Notes under the pieces: model-generated
Told to the model about the DNA's origin: nothing
Seen by the model: only the letters and a program-made list of their open reading frames with translations
The model's database searches: none
Position numbers and translations under genes: made by a program
In this document: piece after piece, positions 48,101 to 57,159 of the stretch
How the letters are laid out: each line of letters opens with the position of its first letter
Numbering within the stretch: position 1 is the stretch's first letter
Virus record (IMG/VR): IMGVR_UViG_3300020048_000019
Coordinates: 64,001-128,000 of that record
Direction: 5' to 3' (one strand)
Origin: a virus
Taxonomy: Duplodnaviria > Heunggongvirae > Uroviricota > Caudoviricetes
Length of the DNA: 64,000 bases

Positions 48101-48426
48101 GCACTGTGTTGATATTTGGTGGTGATCAAGAAGTCACAATTGCAGCTACACCCAATGACGCAAGAATTGCTGGAGTAGTTTCTACAAATCCTGCTCACTT
48201 GATGAATTCTACACTAGAGTGTAACAATGCAGTAGCTGTGGCCCTGACTGGACGAGTTCCAACTTTTGTTGTTGGTACAGTGCGCAAAGGTGACATGATG
48301 GTTAGTGCAGGCAATGGCCAAGCAATGGCTTGTGCAACCCCTGCCCTGGGATCTGTAATTGGTAAAGCTCTAGAAGATTTTACCGGTGATCAAGGCACAA
48401 TTGAAATTGTGGTTGGTCGACTATAA
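45103..48426 (+). CDS. Tail fibre/spike with C-terminal peptidase G2-like intramolecular chaperone domain
   Basis: 1107 aa; GN repeats; C-terminal ARYADLAEMY...PGTVL...IAGVVSTNPA...VALTGRVP..V.G...KGDMMVS...IGKALE resembles the phi29 gp12* autocleavage domain. Confidence 0.7.
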   Translation: MSYIGLDPQTPLLNTSTEFFSGNAVNMQFTLARSVASASDLDVIIGNVAQRPFADYTAQNLTLLFAAPPDAGTNNVTVTYRAGALISLDLTADAFPAGTVGAPGLYSVAANNTGIYWPSAGNMTVTVAGSNRVSFTSAPNSTSTTTGVIQIAGGTGITGNVNAGGLVNFSNATESTSVSTGALKVAGGVGIVGNLNVGGDITCVGDFTVNGTFTTTGTDSLEVADPFIFLANANPGDTYDTGVISEYYDGSITRYTGYFRDITDNKFKLFGNLSVKPSTTVDTGNASFQYQDLILSNLSATGNVAGTYLIGNGSLLTGISTDTTRIQNANSIVTIPSINGNVIVNINGVTIGTFSSAGVVFVGGASATGAISATGNVIGGNIDTAGLVTATGNVTSAGNVSGGNLVTGGRVVSTGNVVGGNIVTAGQVTAGSNITGANIKTAGLMSATGDIYGNNFIATTAINATGNITGGNLITLGAVEVGTGITVSTGGISASGNIIGGNINTSGLISVTGNLAGGNVTTTGQLTSTKTGSAATGSGQLYLNGTGNNRIDFNTNGTGAPAFTTRSAGAKLVLFPNIGASAADYALGIDSGVLWSGVPDSSGQFKWYAGTTQVGLLSGSGALSVTGNITGDNVNTGGLVSAIGNVVGGNISTAGLITATGNITGGNIAATAHTGTTVSVTGNITGGNITTAGLITATGNIGGGNINTVGLASVGGTVIATGNITGGNIITNGLITAGGAVIATGNVTGGNIVTAGLITATGNITSTANVRGGNAIFTTLVQSATISATANVIGANVQTGTLSLSGNVISAINTTSTIITTANIAGGNISTAGLITATGNIGGGNINTAGLITATGSITATANIAGGNISTAGNLAAPTAAQNTNTTQVATTAYVIAQASSTTPTSIGTNTVGTATTFARADHTHTGVATLTGGGGITVSASTGAVTLGSTATSANTAGAIVARGASGEFSAGVITAVATSARYADLAEMYCSDVDYAPGTVLIFGGDQEVTIAATPNDARIAGVVSTNPAHLMNSTLECNNAVAVALTGRVPTFVVGTVRKGDMMVSAGNGQAMACATPALGSVIGKALEDFTGDQGTIEIVVGRL

Positions 48427-48435
48427 GGAACAAAA

Positions 48436-48828
48436 ATGAGCTATTTAGGTTTTTCGCCGCAGATTGGTCAGTATCGAAAAATGGATACGTTAACATTCAA
48501 CGGTGCCACACAGACTTTTAACATCCTGGTAGGGGGTGTAAGTTTTAGTCCTCCTACTGCTTTTGCTATGATGGTAGTGCTCAACGGAGTAACGTTGAAC
48601 CCTGGAGTAGATTTCAGTATCACCGCAGCTACCATTAGCTTTGCAACACCGCCTGCGGAAAACACACCATTTTTTGCACTGCTGTTTGGAGATACACTAT
48701 ATACTGGAACCCCCAGTGACAACACAGTTATCAACAGTAAAATTTCAAACGGTGCAGTGAGTTATGAAAAATTTGACTCCAACACTCAAGCAAGATTGCT
48801 TGCCAATCAAATTATTTTCGGAGTTTAA
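48436..48828 (+). CDS. Small virion protein, paralogous to the N-terminus of the preceding gene
   Basis: MSYLG..P...F.G....F...V.LNGV...P..D......I.F..PP parallels MSYIG..P...FSG....F..L.V.I..V...P..Y.....L.F..PP. Confidence 0.6.
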   Translation: MSYLGFSPQIGQYRKMDTLTFNGATQTFNILVGGVSFSPPTAFAMMVVLNGVTLNPGVDFSITAATISFATPPAENTPFFALLFGDTLYTGTPSDNTVINSKISNGAVSYEKFDSNTQARLLANQIIFGV

Positions 48829-48831
48829 AAA

Positions 48832-51800
48832 ATGTCAAGAAAACGTTTATATGAGTATTCATTCACACCAGGCACAGCTGGACTAGGTACTGTTAAAGTT
48901 CCCGACCGCTACAATCTAGCTGACATTCTGGCCATCTATGATACCACAACCAATACCAACATCTATAACTTTGCAGATACTACACTTGGCGGCACAACAT
49001 CTTGGGCAGCAGGCGTTACAGCTACATTTCCCACAGCATACGCCGGTGTAACCACAATAACTCTGGACACAGACACACAGACACTGAGTGCTAATGACAA
49101 GTTAGCAATTTACATTGAAGATCAAAATTTATCTGTGCAGCCCTGGTCATTTGGCATGGATGCCATTGGTCGAGAACGTGTGAGCAATCCAGAAAGTTTA
49201 ATTGACGCTGACTTTGAATATGGACTCCAACAAACCAAATGGGAAAACGTATCAACGGTCAGCAACATCCCCACATTTTACGAAGATATTGGCGCAGACG
49301 TTGTGTACAATACCAACGGCTATGTGAGTTTGTTGGCCGGCGATGACTTGATCACAAGCAATGTTGACACAGCAATCAGGTTGGAAAATCCTGGCAGCCC
49401 ACCATGGGTAGCAAATGACTATGCATTGGTTGTTAGTCAAACACAAGGTAACGTTACTCCGTTTACGTCAAACTACATCACAGCCAATGTCGACAGCTCA
49501 GCTGAACGTACATTTACCATGGCCAGCACGACAGGATTCACAGCAGGCGATACTGTGTTAATCATTGGCCGCCCCACCACAGGCGGAACCACATTGGCTG
49601 TAGCCAATATTGTCAGCACAGCAACAACTACCGTAAACTGTGCCAACGTAGCAGCAGCACCCTTGATTGTTGACGGCAGTTATATTATTGTGCAAACTGA
49701 CACAGCCGATGTGTACGAAGTCATGGCAATTACCAATGTGAGTGCTAATGCTCTTACGGTGCTTCGTCAAACCAACAACACCAACGGCGCAGGCGCCAAC
49801 ATCACAATTGGCAACGCAGTGTATCCTGTGAGCACGCTGGAAGTAGCACAAGTACAATCAGTTACTGATTCAACTACTTTGCAATTGAACCGCGGCTGGT
49901 ACAATATTCCAGCGGCTAATACTTTTGTTTCTGGATCAGTACTGCAAAAACTATCTAGCAACGTTGAACTAGTGCAACACACCGCGATCAGCTCAGCAGT
50001 CAACGGCGTTCAAACAATCACCCGTGGCGAATTCAATACCACGGCCTTGACTGCTGCTGGTGCAGGATCTCCTATGATTCGTATGACTGGTATGTTTTAT
50101 GCCACTGGAGCAAACACAATACCACAGGTAGGTGTCAATCAAAGCGACACACCTCTGGATACTAACGAGTATGTGAGTACACAAAACACAGCCAACTCAA
50201 ATGCTGAAGGTGTGGGCTTGGTATTCCAAGCCAACTCCAACAATTTCTTCTACTATCCAAAACGCTCACCAAGTCTTGCGCCCGGATATCCACTCAATCA
50301 AACTGATACAGTTATTCGTCAAGCATACCCATACACCGGGGCCGACCTGGACGTGGTGTCGATTACCAGCGACGGTGCCAACCCTAGTACGATTACAGTG
50401 ACAACTACATACGCACATGGACTGGTACCCGGCACACCGTTGCTGGTCAATCTCAGTGCAGGAACCAATGCTGCCTATGCAGAAGGCAGCTTCTTTATTA
50501 TCAGTGTGCCTAGTACAACAACATTTACCTACACAGCCAAAACTGGTGCCGCAGTATCGGGCAGCATTGCAGGACTTGTGTTTGTGCGTAGCAATGCTGC
50601 ATTCCTGCCAAGACCGTTTGATGGCGGTGTGTTGATTGGCCCCGGAACACCCACACGTGGTGCAAGTGCAGTGCGTGTTACTAAAAAGTACTTTCGTTAT
50701 CAATCTGGTAAAGGTATCTTTTTCTCCACTGGTACAGTGTTGGCACCAACATTTGACATCTCAGCACTCAGTGCAGATGGAACAACACCGTCTAGCAATA
50801 TCACTGTAACTACTGATTTGGAGCACGGTCTCAATGCCGGTGCCGGCGTGTCTATTACCGGAATAACCACATCCGGTTATGACTCGCCAAGCTACATTGT
50901 AACCAGTATTGTTAGCGATGTTAGTTTTATAGTTGAAGCACAAGGCACACTGGGCAGCACAACTCCTGAACTAGGACAGCAGCCTAAACTCAACATTGAA
51001 TCCTGGCACGGTTCCAGTATTCGTACTGGAATTTTTGATGATCAAAACGGCCTGTACTGGGAAAACAATGGTATCACTGTAAATGCAGTTCAACGTTCCA
51101 GCACATTCCAGTTGGCAGGCCTGTGCAGTGTGGGTGCAGGATCTAATCTAGTAGCAGGAGATGGCAATTGCAGATTCCAAGATCAACTTAACAACGGAGA
51201 CATTGTTGTCATTAAAGGTATGACGCATACAGTTACCAGTATTCTTGACAACAACAGAATGACTGTGGTACCTGCATTCCGAGGTGTATCAAATCAAAAT
51301 CGTGTGAGACTGGCGCTGCGCAACGAAATACGTGTGCGTCAATCAGACTTCAACATTGACCCTTTGGATGGCACCGGTGTCAGCGGCTTTACCTTGATCC
51401 CCAGCAAAATGCAGATGTATGCATTAGAATACTCATGGTACGGAGCTGGCACTGTTATCTGGATGCTGCGTGGCCAAAATGGTAGCTTTGTGCATGCACA
51501 TCGTAGACCCAACAACAACTTGAACAATGAAGCATACATGCGTTCTGGTAACTTGCCTGCACGTTACGAAGCCATAAATGAAACACCTGTAACAGGACTT
51601 GCAGAAGTTCTAGACGACAGCGAAACCACAATCACACTGGTTGATGCAACTGACTATCCTGATGCCAGCGTAACATATCCTGTGTTTGTGATGATTGACA
51701 GTGAAATTATCAAGTACTCAGGTAAAGCGGGCAACGATCTCACTGGCTGCACACGTGGTGCAACATTTACCCAGTGGGTCGAGGGCCAAAGTCGCAGCTT

Positions 51801-52794
51801 TACATCCAGCGCATCTGCTGCTCACGCTATCAATACTGGGGTGATATTGATTTCTAATACTTGTGTGCCATTGGTCAGCCATTGGGGTTCGGCGATCATC
51901 ATGGACGGCAACTTCAACGGTGACGAAGGCTACCAGTTTACCTACAGTCGTGTGAACTATGGCTTACCAGCCACTGTTGGCGACAAAGCAGTGGCATTTG
52001 CCATGCGCCTGGCCCCATCAGTGTCCAATGGTATCATTGGAGATCTAGGCGTGCGCGAGCTGATCAATCGTGCTGCACTGACACTGAGCAACTTGAACAT
52101 TCAGGTCACTGCTGGACGTTACTTGATTGAAGGTATCTTGAATCCGTCAAACATTGACTCGGCGAACACTGGTTGGCAAGGACTCAACAACTCAGGTGGT
52201 GGGTTTCAGCCCAGCTTCTCACAGTTCTCAACTGCGCCTCGATTCACATCAGAAACCACAGGTGGTTTGACATCAGCGCCATTCAACACCACAGGCGGTA
52301 TGACACGTTCAGGTGTCAAGGTAGCGTTCTCTAAAGCCAGAACATTTGCAAACTTGACTCCGGTCAACGTGTCCAGTTCTGGTGCCAATGCCAAAATCAC
52401 AGTGCAGTTGACAGCAGCAGGCACAACATACACAACCATTACCACACAGATCAGTGTGCAGACCGCAGGTGACGGATACGCCGTGGGCGACACCATCAAG
52501 ATCCTGGGCAATGTGATTGGTGGATCAACCACCACCAATGACCTGGCCATGACCATCACAGCTATCACAAGTGAACTAGAAGGTGGCGAAAGACTGTTTG
52601 CGATCCCAATTTCAACAACCAACTCGGGTGTATTGGACTTGAGTAGTGTCAAACAGATTGGTACAAGCTCAATTCCAGGAACAGGAACCTTCCCTAATGG
52701 ACCAGAGGTGCTGGCTGTGCAAATTACTGCGCTGTCAACGTCTACAAACCCAGTTGGAGAGATCCAACTACAGTTCCAGGAAAGCCAAGCCTAA
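48832..52794 (+). CDS. Large virion structural protein (beta-rich, multidomain)
   Basis: 1320 aa; RVSNPESLIDADFEYGLQ.TKWE, ITVTT..HGL..G modules, R.TKKYFRYQSGKG, YSWYGAG, YMRSGNLPARYE; co-oriented in the late fibre cluster. Confidence 0.65.
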   Translation: MSRKRLYEYSFTPGTAGLGTVKVPDRYNLADILAIYDTTTNTNIYNFADTTLGGTTSWAAGVTATFPTAYAGVTTITLDTDTQTLSANDKLAIYIEDQNLSVQPWSFGMDAIGRERVSNPESLIDADFEYGLQQTKWENVSTVSNIPTFYEDIGADVVYNTNGYVSLLAGDDLITSNVDTAIRLENPGSPPWVANDYALVVSQTQGNVTPFTSNYITANVDSSAERTFTMASTTGFTAGDTVLIIGRPTTGGTTLAVANIVSTATTTVNCANVAAAPLIVDGSYIIVQTDTADVYEVMAITNVSANALTVLRQTNNTNGAGANITIGNAVYPVSTLEVAQVQSVTDSTTLQLNRGWYNIPAANTFVSGSVLQKLSSNVELVQHTAISSAVNGVQTITRGEFNTTALTAAGAGSPMIRMTGMFYATGANTIPQVGVNQSDTPLDTNEYVSTQNTANSNAEGVGLVFQANSNNFFYYPKRSPSLAPGYPLNQTDTVIRQAYPYTGADLDVVSITSDGANPSTITVTTTYAHGLVPGTPLLVNLSAGTNAAYAEGSFFIISVPSTTTFTYTAKTGAAVSGSIAGLVFVRSNAAFLPRPFDGGVLIGPGTPTRGASAVRVTKKYFRYQSGKGIFFSTGTVLAPTFDISALSADGTTPSSNITVTTDLEHGLNAGAGVSITGITTSGYDSPSYIVTSIVSDVSFIVEAQGTLGSTTPELGQQPKLNIESWHGSSIRTGIFDDQNGLYWENNGITVNAVQRSSTFQLAGLCSVGAGSNLVAGDGNCRFQDQLNNGDIVVIKGMTHTVTSILDNNRMTVVPAFRGVSNQNRVRLALRNEIRVRQSDFNIDPLDGTGVSGFTLIPSKMQMYALEYSWYGAGTVIWMLRGQNGSFVHAHRRPNNNLNNEAYMRSGNLPARYEAINETPVTGLAEVLDDSETTITLVDATDYPDASVTYPVFVMIDSEIIKYSGKAGNDLTGCTRGATFTQWVEGQSRSFTSSASAAHAINTGVILISNTCVPLVSHWGSAIIMDGNFNGDEGYQFTYSRVNYGLPATVGDKAVAFAMRLAPSVSNGIIGDLGVRELINRAALTLSNLNIQVTAGRYLIEGILNPSNIDSANTGWQGLNNSGGGFQPSFSQFSTAPRFTSETTGGLTSAPFNTTGGMTRSGVKVAFSKARTFANLTPVNVSSSGANAKITVQLTAAGTTYTTITTQISVQTAGDGYAVGDTIKILGNVIGGSTTTNDLAMTITAITSELEGGERLFAIPISTTNSGVLDLSSVKQIGTSSIPGTGTFPNGPEVLAVQITALSTSTNPVGEIQLQFQESQA

Positions 52795-53228
52795 TGAGTT
52801 GCAAGATCCTGCTCAACCAGCAGGATTTTGCTTTGTACAGCTTCAAGATTGATAGTGCTCCAGAGTCCCGGGTGCATGGGTTTTGGCCAGACACCGGCGT
52901 CTAGCCAGGCATAGCCAAGATGTTCATGATTGAGTCTAGGAGTGAATTCGGTGTCAATCACACATACCCAAGTGTGATATTCAAACGCTCGATCTGCAGA
53001 AGTAAACTTTTCCAAAGGCATCAAACGCAAGTAGGTGGGAAAAAACCCCAATTCCTCTATGCACTCACGCTCCATGCCGCCTAGGAGTGTTTCCCCAGTT
53101 TCAATTTTGCCCCCAGGCAAGCCCCAAGCACCTGGATGCTTGACATCATTGCGTAGTAGATAAAGATAACGTCCAGTGTCTCGACTACGAAACCAAACGC
53201 CAACAGCTTTTAAAGTACCAGTCTCCAT
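52791..53228 (-). CDS. NUDIX hydrolase
   Basis: Nudix box GGKIETGETLLGGMERECIEELG (GX5EX7REUXEEXG). Confidence 0.92.
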   Translation of the reverse strand: METGTLKAVGVWFRSRDTGRYLYLLRNDVKHPGAWGLPGGKIETGETLLGGMERECIEELGFFPTYLRLMPLEKFTSADRAFEYHTWVCVIDTEFTPRLNHEHLGYAWLDAGVWPKPMHPGLWSTINLEAVQSKILLVEQDLATH

Positions 53229-54607
53229 GTTCCTCCGGGATACGCGCCTTGGTAGCTTTTTACCCAGCTGCTACCATTCCATTCGTATTGTACCCCAGTA
53301 GTTATGTTAGTAACGTACTGTCCTGCAGGTTGTTGAGCCGCTGGAAATATTACCCTCCAGTACCCATCTCCGTACTGAATGATATCGTTGGAATTGGCAA
53401 CAAGTGGTCGGCCATTTGCACCTAACCAAGCCACAGCTGGTTGTGCATTACCACTTGCTCCGATCGCTTCAGTTAACAAATATCTTTGGCCAACAACTGC
53501 AGGAGCAAGACCGTTCGAAGGCCCTGAAATTGAAGGATCAATTACGGCATCAATTGGAGGTAAAGTATTTTGTGGCACAGTGTCTGTGTCAACGTCTAGT
53601 ACTAGAAATCGATCATCATTGGGATCTAGTACAATGGTTCCAATAACTTCAGAACCGTCTTCCTGCTCTAGTCTTAGTTGACTAATACCAGGTCTGAGTG
53701 TACCGTATAAATCAATCACAGCAGGCCATAACAAATTGCTATCGGGAATAATAACAGTTTCGGTGGTTGAATTATTATCACTGGCTTGACTAACCAATTG
53801 TTGTTGCAAGCACTGTGCTTTGTTGCCAATTACCACAACACCATAATTAAACGGTGTGATAACTTGCCGTGTTCCTAGTAATAAATCATTTCCAGTGATG
53901 GCATTGTTCAAATCACCTTGTGCATCGTACATGCTGGCAATTACTCGTTCAACAACACCTAGCTTCTTGACCTTGGCAGGAGAGCTTAACCAAATTGGTA
54001 CATTGAATTTTAGTGTGGCGATATCAATGGGGTTTTCTGTGCCCATAGGAATAGTTCTGCTGCTCCAAGTCACACTTTCAAGTTCCATAACAGTCAAGCT
54101 GGTCCAGTCAATGTAGTTGTCTGTGCTTTGCAGTTCCAGACTGGGATTAAACAAAGTGAGAATCTGCTCTAACAATTGAAACTTTTGATTGGTATTGCTA
54201 GTCCATAAATCTACACTGATACTCATTTTGTATGGTACAGGCATCAAGCGTTCAATGCTGAATGCATTGCCTTGTGTGGTTTCGTAAGTGTCGGTTTCGG
54301 TATCATAAGTGCGTTGTCGCACAGCAATCTTGTTCACATGATATGGTTCTTGCATGCGAGGACGATCATAGTCCAAGCTGCTGATATAAAAAGTCATGAG
54401 TGGACTTGATGGCAAGCTGTTGGCAGAGTTTTCTTGCAGAATAGTTTGAGCTTGGCGACTGGCATCGCCATATCTTACTGGAACTCGCAGCAAGGCGGCT
54501 GCATTGCTGTCAGCTTCGCGGCCGTACTCAATTTGGAATCCTGAAAAGACTCGCGTGATTTGCAGTAGGAATCTGCGTATTTGAGCGTCATAAAAGAAAC
54601 TTTGCAT
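53210..54607 (-). CDS. gp15: Tail sheath terminator/stabiliser gp15-like with C-terminal extension
   Basis: FFYDAQIRRF...F..F...RVPVRYGD, R.MPVPY.....D.W..N..Q..Q.LEQIL..FNP, IATL.F. Confidence 0.85.
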   Translation of the reverse strand: MQSFFYDAQIRRFLLQITRVFSGFQIEYGREADSNAAALLRVPVRYGDASRQAQTILQENSANSLPSSPLMTFYISSLDYDRPRMQEPYHVNKIAVRQRTYDTETDTYETTQGNAFSIERLMPVPYKMSISVDLWTSNTNQKFQLLEQILTLFNPSLELQSTDNYIDWTSLTVMELESVTWSSRTIPMGTENPIDIATLKFNVPIWLSSPAKVKKLGVVERVIASMYDAQGDLNNAITGNDLLLGTRQVITPFNYGVVVIGNKAQCLQQQLVSQASDNNSTTETVIIPDSNLLWPAVIDLYGTLRPGISQLRLEQEDGSEVIGTIVLDPNDDRFLVLDVDTDTVPQNTLPPIDAVIDPSISGPSNGLAPAVVGQRYLLTEAIGASGNAQPAVAWLGANGRPLVANSNDIIQYGDGYWRVIFPAAQQPAGQYVTNITTGVQYEWNGSSWVKSYQGAYPGGTWRLVL

Positions 54608-54615
54608 AATAATAA

Positions 54616-55917
54616 TTATCCGCCGTTGTCGGCTTGTGGTTTGAGAATTTCACTGAGACTCTGGCGACTTGGAATAGGACCACGATCAGTTGTTGGCACG
54701 GTAGCAGTGTTGTTGACAAAACCGCTTCGTAATGTTTCGTTAGTAGGACCGTTGTTGAGATTTGTACGAACCTTTTCTTCAATCTTGACCCAACGAACTC
54801 CGTCGTAACGGAACAGTCGGTTGGGTTTGTAATCAACTCGCAATGCAAAGTCGCCGGCTATTGCATTAACTGGAAAATTAGTACCAGCAGTTACTGGAAG
54901 ACCGTTGGGTGCAATTCCGTCTCCAGTCAAGTAACCTACTGTGTACCCATCAGCTTGTGGAGTAGTGTTTGCACCACCTTGTGTTCCGTCTACCGTGGTA
55001 GCTGTGCCATCAGCAGTTAATGAAGTTGGATTAGCTGGCATGCCATTAATTGTTGGCTCAATATAGAACTTCTGGGTATCATAGCCCGACAATGGCACTT
55101 CAATGTCGGCTTGCGTAAGGATCGCATCATTAAGAGAGTAATCTTTTTCTCTTGTTCCTTGCAAGTCGCTGATAGTTGGTGGCGTATATACTGTCCAATA
55201 AGTGGTATTGGTAATAGCTGTACCGGCTGGAACGTTTTGTTGAGCTCGATAATACACATCGCCTTGATTCACAATTGTACCAGAAGGATAAAAGTTACCG
55301 TTGTCCCAGATGTTTTCTTCAACCATGGGTTGATCAGTTACTTGTTTGAATTCTTGGCTGTCAGTTAGCGGAGTTGCTTTGAGCCGCCACAAGTGCGGCA
55401 ACCAGGTTTGGCTGAAACCTTCGCTGGCAAATGCAGCATCCTGCACCACATAAAATTTGGGCAAGCCGCGTGGCAAGTTTGGATTCAGTGGATGAAAATC
55501 TTTAAGGTTAGGAACCTCTAGCACATCGCCGCTCATAAGTTTGCGACCAAAAGTGTTGATCATGTCATTGTAATGCACAGTGATAAACAAGGTATCATTG
55601 TTCAAAAACAAACCAAATTGACTCAAGTCAAAGTCCACGTCTTGTGTACGATACACGCCGCGCATGATATAGATGTCAGGATCGTATGCTCGATCACGGT
55701 TTTCTAGCAACAGCAAGTCCTGAATATCCAAGGGATTTGCAGTGTCGTAAATTGGGATAGTAGCATCATTGGTACCAGTAGTCTCTCCAGGCTGTGTGCC
55801 CAGATACTTGTGGACATAGAGGTCAATGCCGCCAACGGTGTACATCTCCGAAATCGTGCGGTCCAGGAATTGGTAATCGCGTGTGCGATTTGGGCGGTAA
55901 AGTGACAGTCTTGGCAT
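54616..55917 (-). CDS. gp14: Neck/head-closure protein gp14-like with inserted CBM5/12-like module
   Basis: GGIDLYVHKY, LLLENRDR.Y, DFDLSQFGLFL.ND.LFIT, GDVLE.P, F.VV.D..F; insert WDNGNFYPSGTIVNQGDVYYRAQQNVPAGTAITNTTYW. Confidence 0.8.
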   Translation of the reverse strand: MPRLSLYRPNRTRDYQFLDRTISEMYTVGGIDLYVHKYLGTQPGETTGTNDATIPIYDTANPLDIQDLLLLENRDRAYDPDIYIMRGVYRTQDVDFDLSQFGLFLNNDTLFITVHYNDMINTFGRKLMSGDVLEVPNLKDFHPLNPNLPRGLPKFYVVQDAAFASEGFSQTWLPHLWRLKATPLTDSQEFKQVTDQPMVEENIWDNGNFYPSGTIVNQGDVYYRAQQNVPAGTAITNTTYWTVYTPPTISDLQGTREKDYSLNDAILTQADIEVPLSGYDTQKFYIEPTINGMPANPTSLTADGTATTVDGTQGGANTTPQADGYTVGYLTGDGIAPNGLPVTAGTNFPVNAIAGDFALRVDYKPNRLFRYDGVRWVKIEEKVRTNLNNGPTNETLRSGFVNNTATVPTTDRGPIPSRQSLSEILKPQADNGG

Positions 55918-55924
55918 AGTGTAC

Positions 55925-55931
55925 TATTTAT
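55925..55931 (-). promoter_or_regulatory. Late promoter ATAAATA, 7 nt before the gp14 ATG
   Basis: ATAAATA-GTACACT-ATG; no SD. Confidence 0.7.
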
Positions 55932-55938
55932 TAACAGG

Positions 55939-55967
55939 TTGACCAATAAACAAAATGGTGCTATAAT
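55939..55967 (+). promoter_or_regulatory. Host sigma70-type early promoter
   Basis: TTGACC, 17-nt spacer, TG-c-TATAAT; AGGAG SD at 55984-88. Confidence 0.85.
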
Positions 55968-55993
55968 TACACTAATTGAACACAGGAGCCCAC

Positions 55994-57130
55994 ATGAAAG
56001 TTGCATCTAAACCCGTTAAACTACTGAACCCACGTAGCGCAGACACCGGCGTCATGGGCACAGAACCTACTTGGGAAAATCAACCCACAGCTGGCCGCTT
56101 CAGCGCTTTGAGCAAGGCATTCAGCTGGTACAACTACTTTTATGGCAAAAAGGATGCTCGAGATATGATTGTAGCGTACTTAGAACTGCATGGCCGCAAG
56201 AGTGACGTACGACTGCTTCGTGGTGTTGCAGATAGCGCAATTCGCTTGACTACAGGTTGGCTGTGCCGCATGAGCATTGTGGGCCTGGAGCTTAATGAAC
56301 ATGAGCAAACCAAGCTGGATACACTGCTAACAGAGCTTTTGTCAACTAAACAACAAGAAATTGCAGAACCAGGTGCCGAGCCCGCGATCCCCAAGTTGAC
56401 TATTCAAGACCGTTTGCGTGAGAAGCTGAGTGAATGTGCTGGTGAAATGGACGGCTTGTTTGATGAATTTATAATCAACGGTGCCAAGATGTCGGCTGAC
56501 TACAAGCCAATTGTGTTGATGCGTAGTCTCAACGTTGCCCCGCAAATGGTCGGCTCACTTGGTACTATTTGGAAACGCAAACTAGCCGAACTTGAAGAAG
56601 CTGCTAAAGGCCAAGACAAACAACTAGCAGAAGGTTATGCTTTTTTAAGCAAGGTACAGCTTCGCAATGCTATCAAGTTTTGCGAAACTGTGGTTAATGA
56701 CTGTGGCGCCTATGTGCAAATCAAGAAGGTTGAACGCAAACCTCGTGTGGCCAAAGCAGTGTCTCCTGAAAAGAAAGCAGCCAAGTTCAAGGTATGCATG
56801 GAGTTTGCAGATCTCAAGCTCAAAGGCTTGCCCGCGGCACAGCTGGTGGACAAGAGCGAAGCTTGGTTATACGATACCAAGAAGCGTAAACTGATACATC
56901 TGGTGGCAGACTCGCACACACTAAGTTTCACAATCAAAAGCAACTCAATCATTGGGTTTGGTGTTGCGGAGTCTTCGCAGAAAACTTTACGCAAGCCTGC
57001 AGATGTTCTCAAAGCCATTATGTCTAACGGCAAGCCTGCAACACGTAAAGTGTTCAAAGATCTAACCACAACTGAGACACCATTTAATGGTCGAGGCACT
57101 GAGAATTTAATAGTACTTAGAGTCTGGTAA
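55994..57130 (+). CDS. Early-expressed hypothetical protein
   Basis: 378 aa from ATG 55994 (SD-supported); helical and Lys-rich; no family recognised. Confidence 0.7.
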   Translation: MKVASKPVKLLNPRSADTGVMGTEPTWENQPTAGRFSALSKAFSWYNYFYGKKDARDMIVAYLELHGRKSDVRLLRGVADSAIRLTTGWLCRMSIVGLELNEHEQTKLDTLLTELLSTKQQEIAEPGAEPAIPKLTIQDRLREKLSECAGEMDGLFDEFIINGAKMSADYKPIVLMRSLNVAPQMVGSLGTIWKRKLAELEEAAKGQDKQLAEGYAFLSKVQLRNAIKFCETVVNDCGAYVQIKKVERKPRVAKAVSPEKKAAKFKVCMEFADLKLKGLPAAQLVDKSEAWLYDTKKRKLIHLVADSHTLSFTIKSNSIIGFGVAESSQKTLRKPADVLKAIMSNGKPATRKVFKDLTTTETPFNGRGTENLIVLRVW

Positions 57131-57159
57131 ATAGAAGTGGGCCACATGCCCACTTCTAT
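57128..57159 (+). promoter_or_regulatory. Late promoter (TAAATA) overlapping a perfect 12-bp hairpin that abuts a start codon
   Basis: TAAATA 57128-33; ATAGAAGTGGGC-cacat-GCCCACTTCTAT 57131-59; ATG at 57160. Confidence 0.7.
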
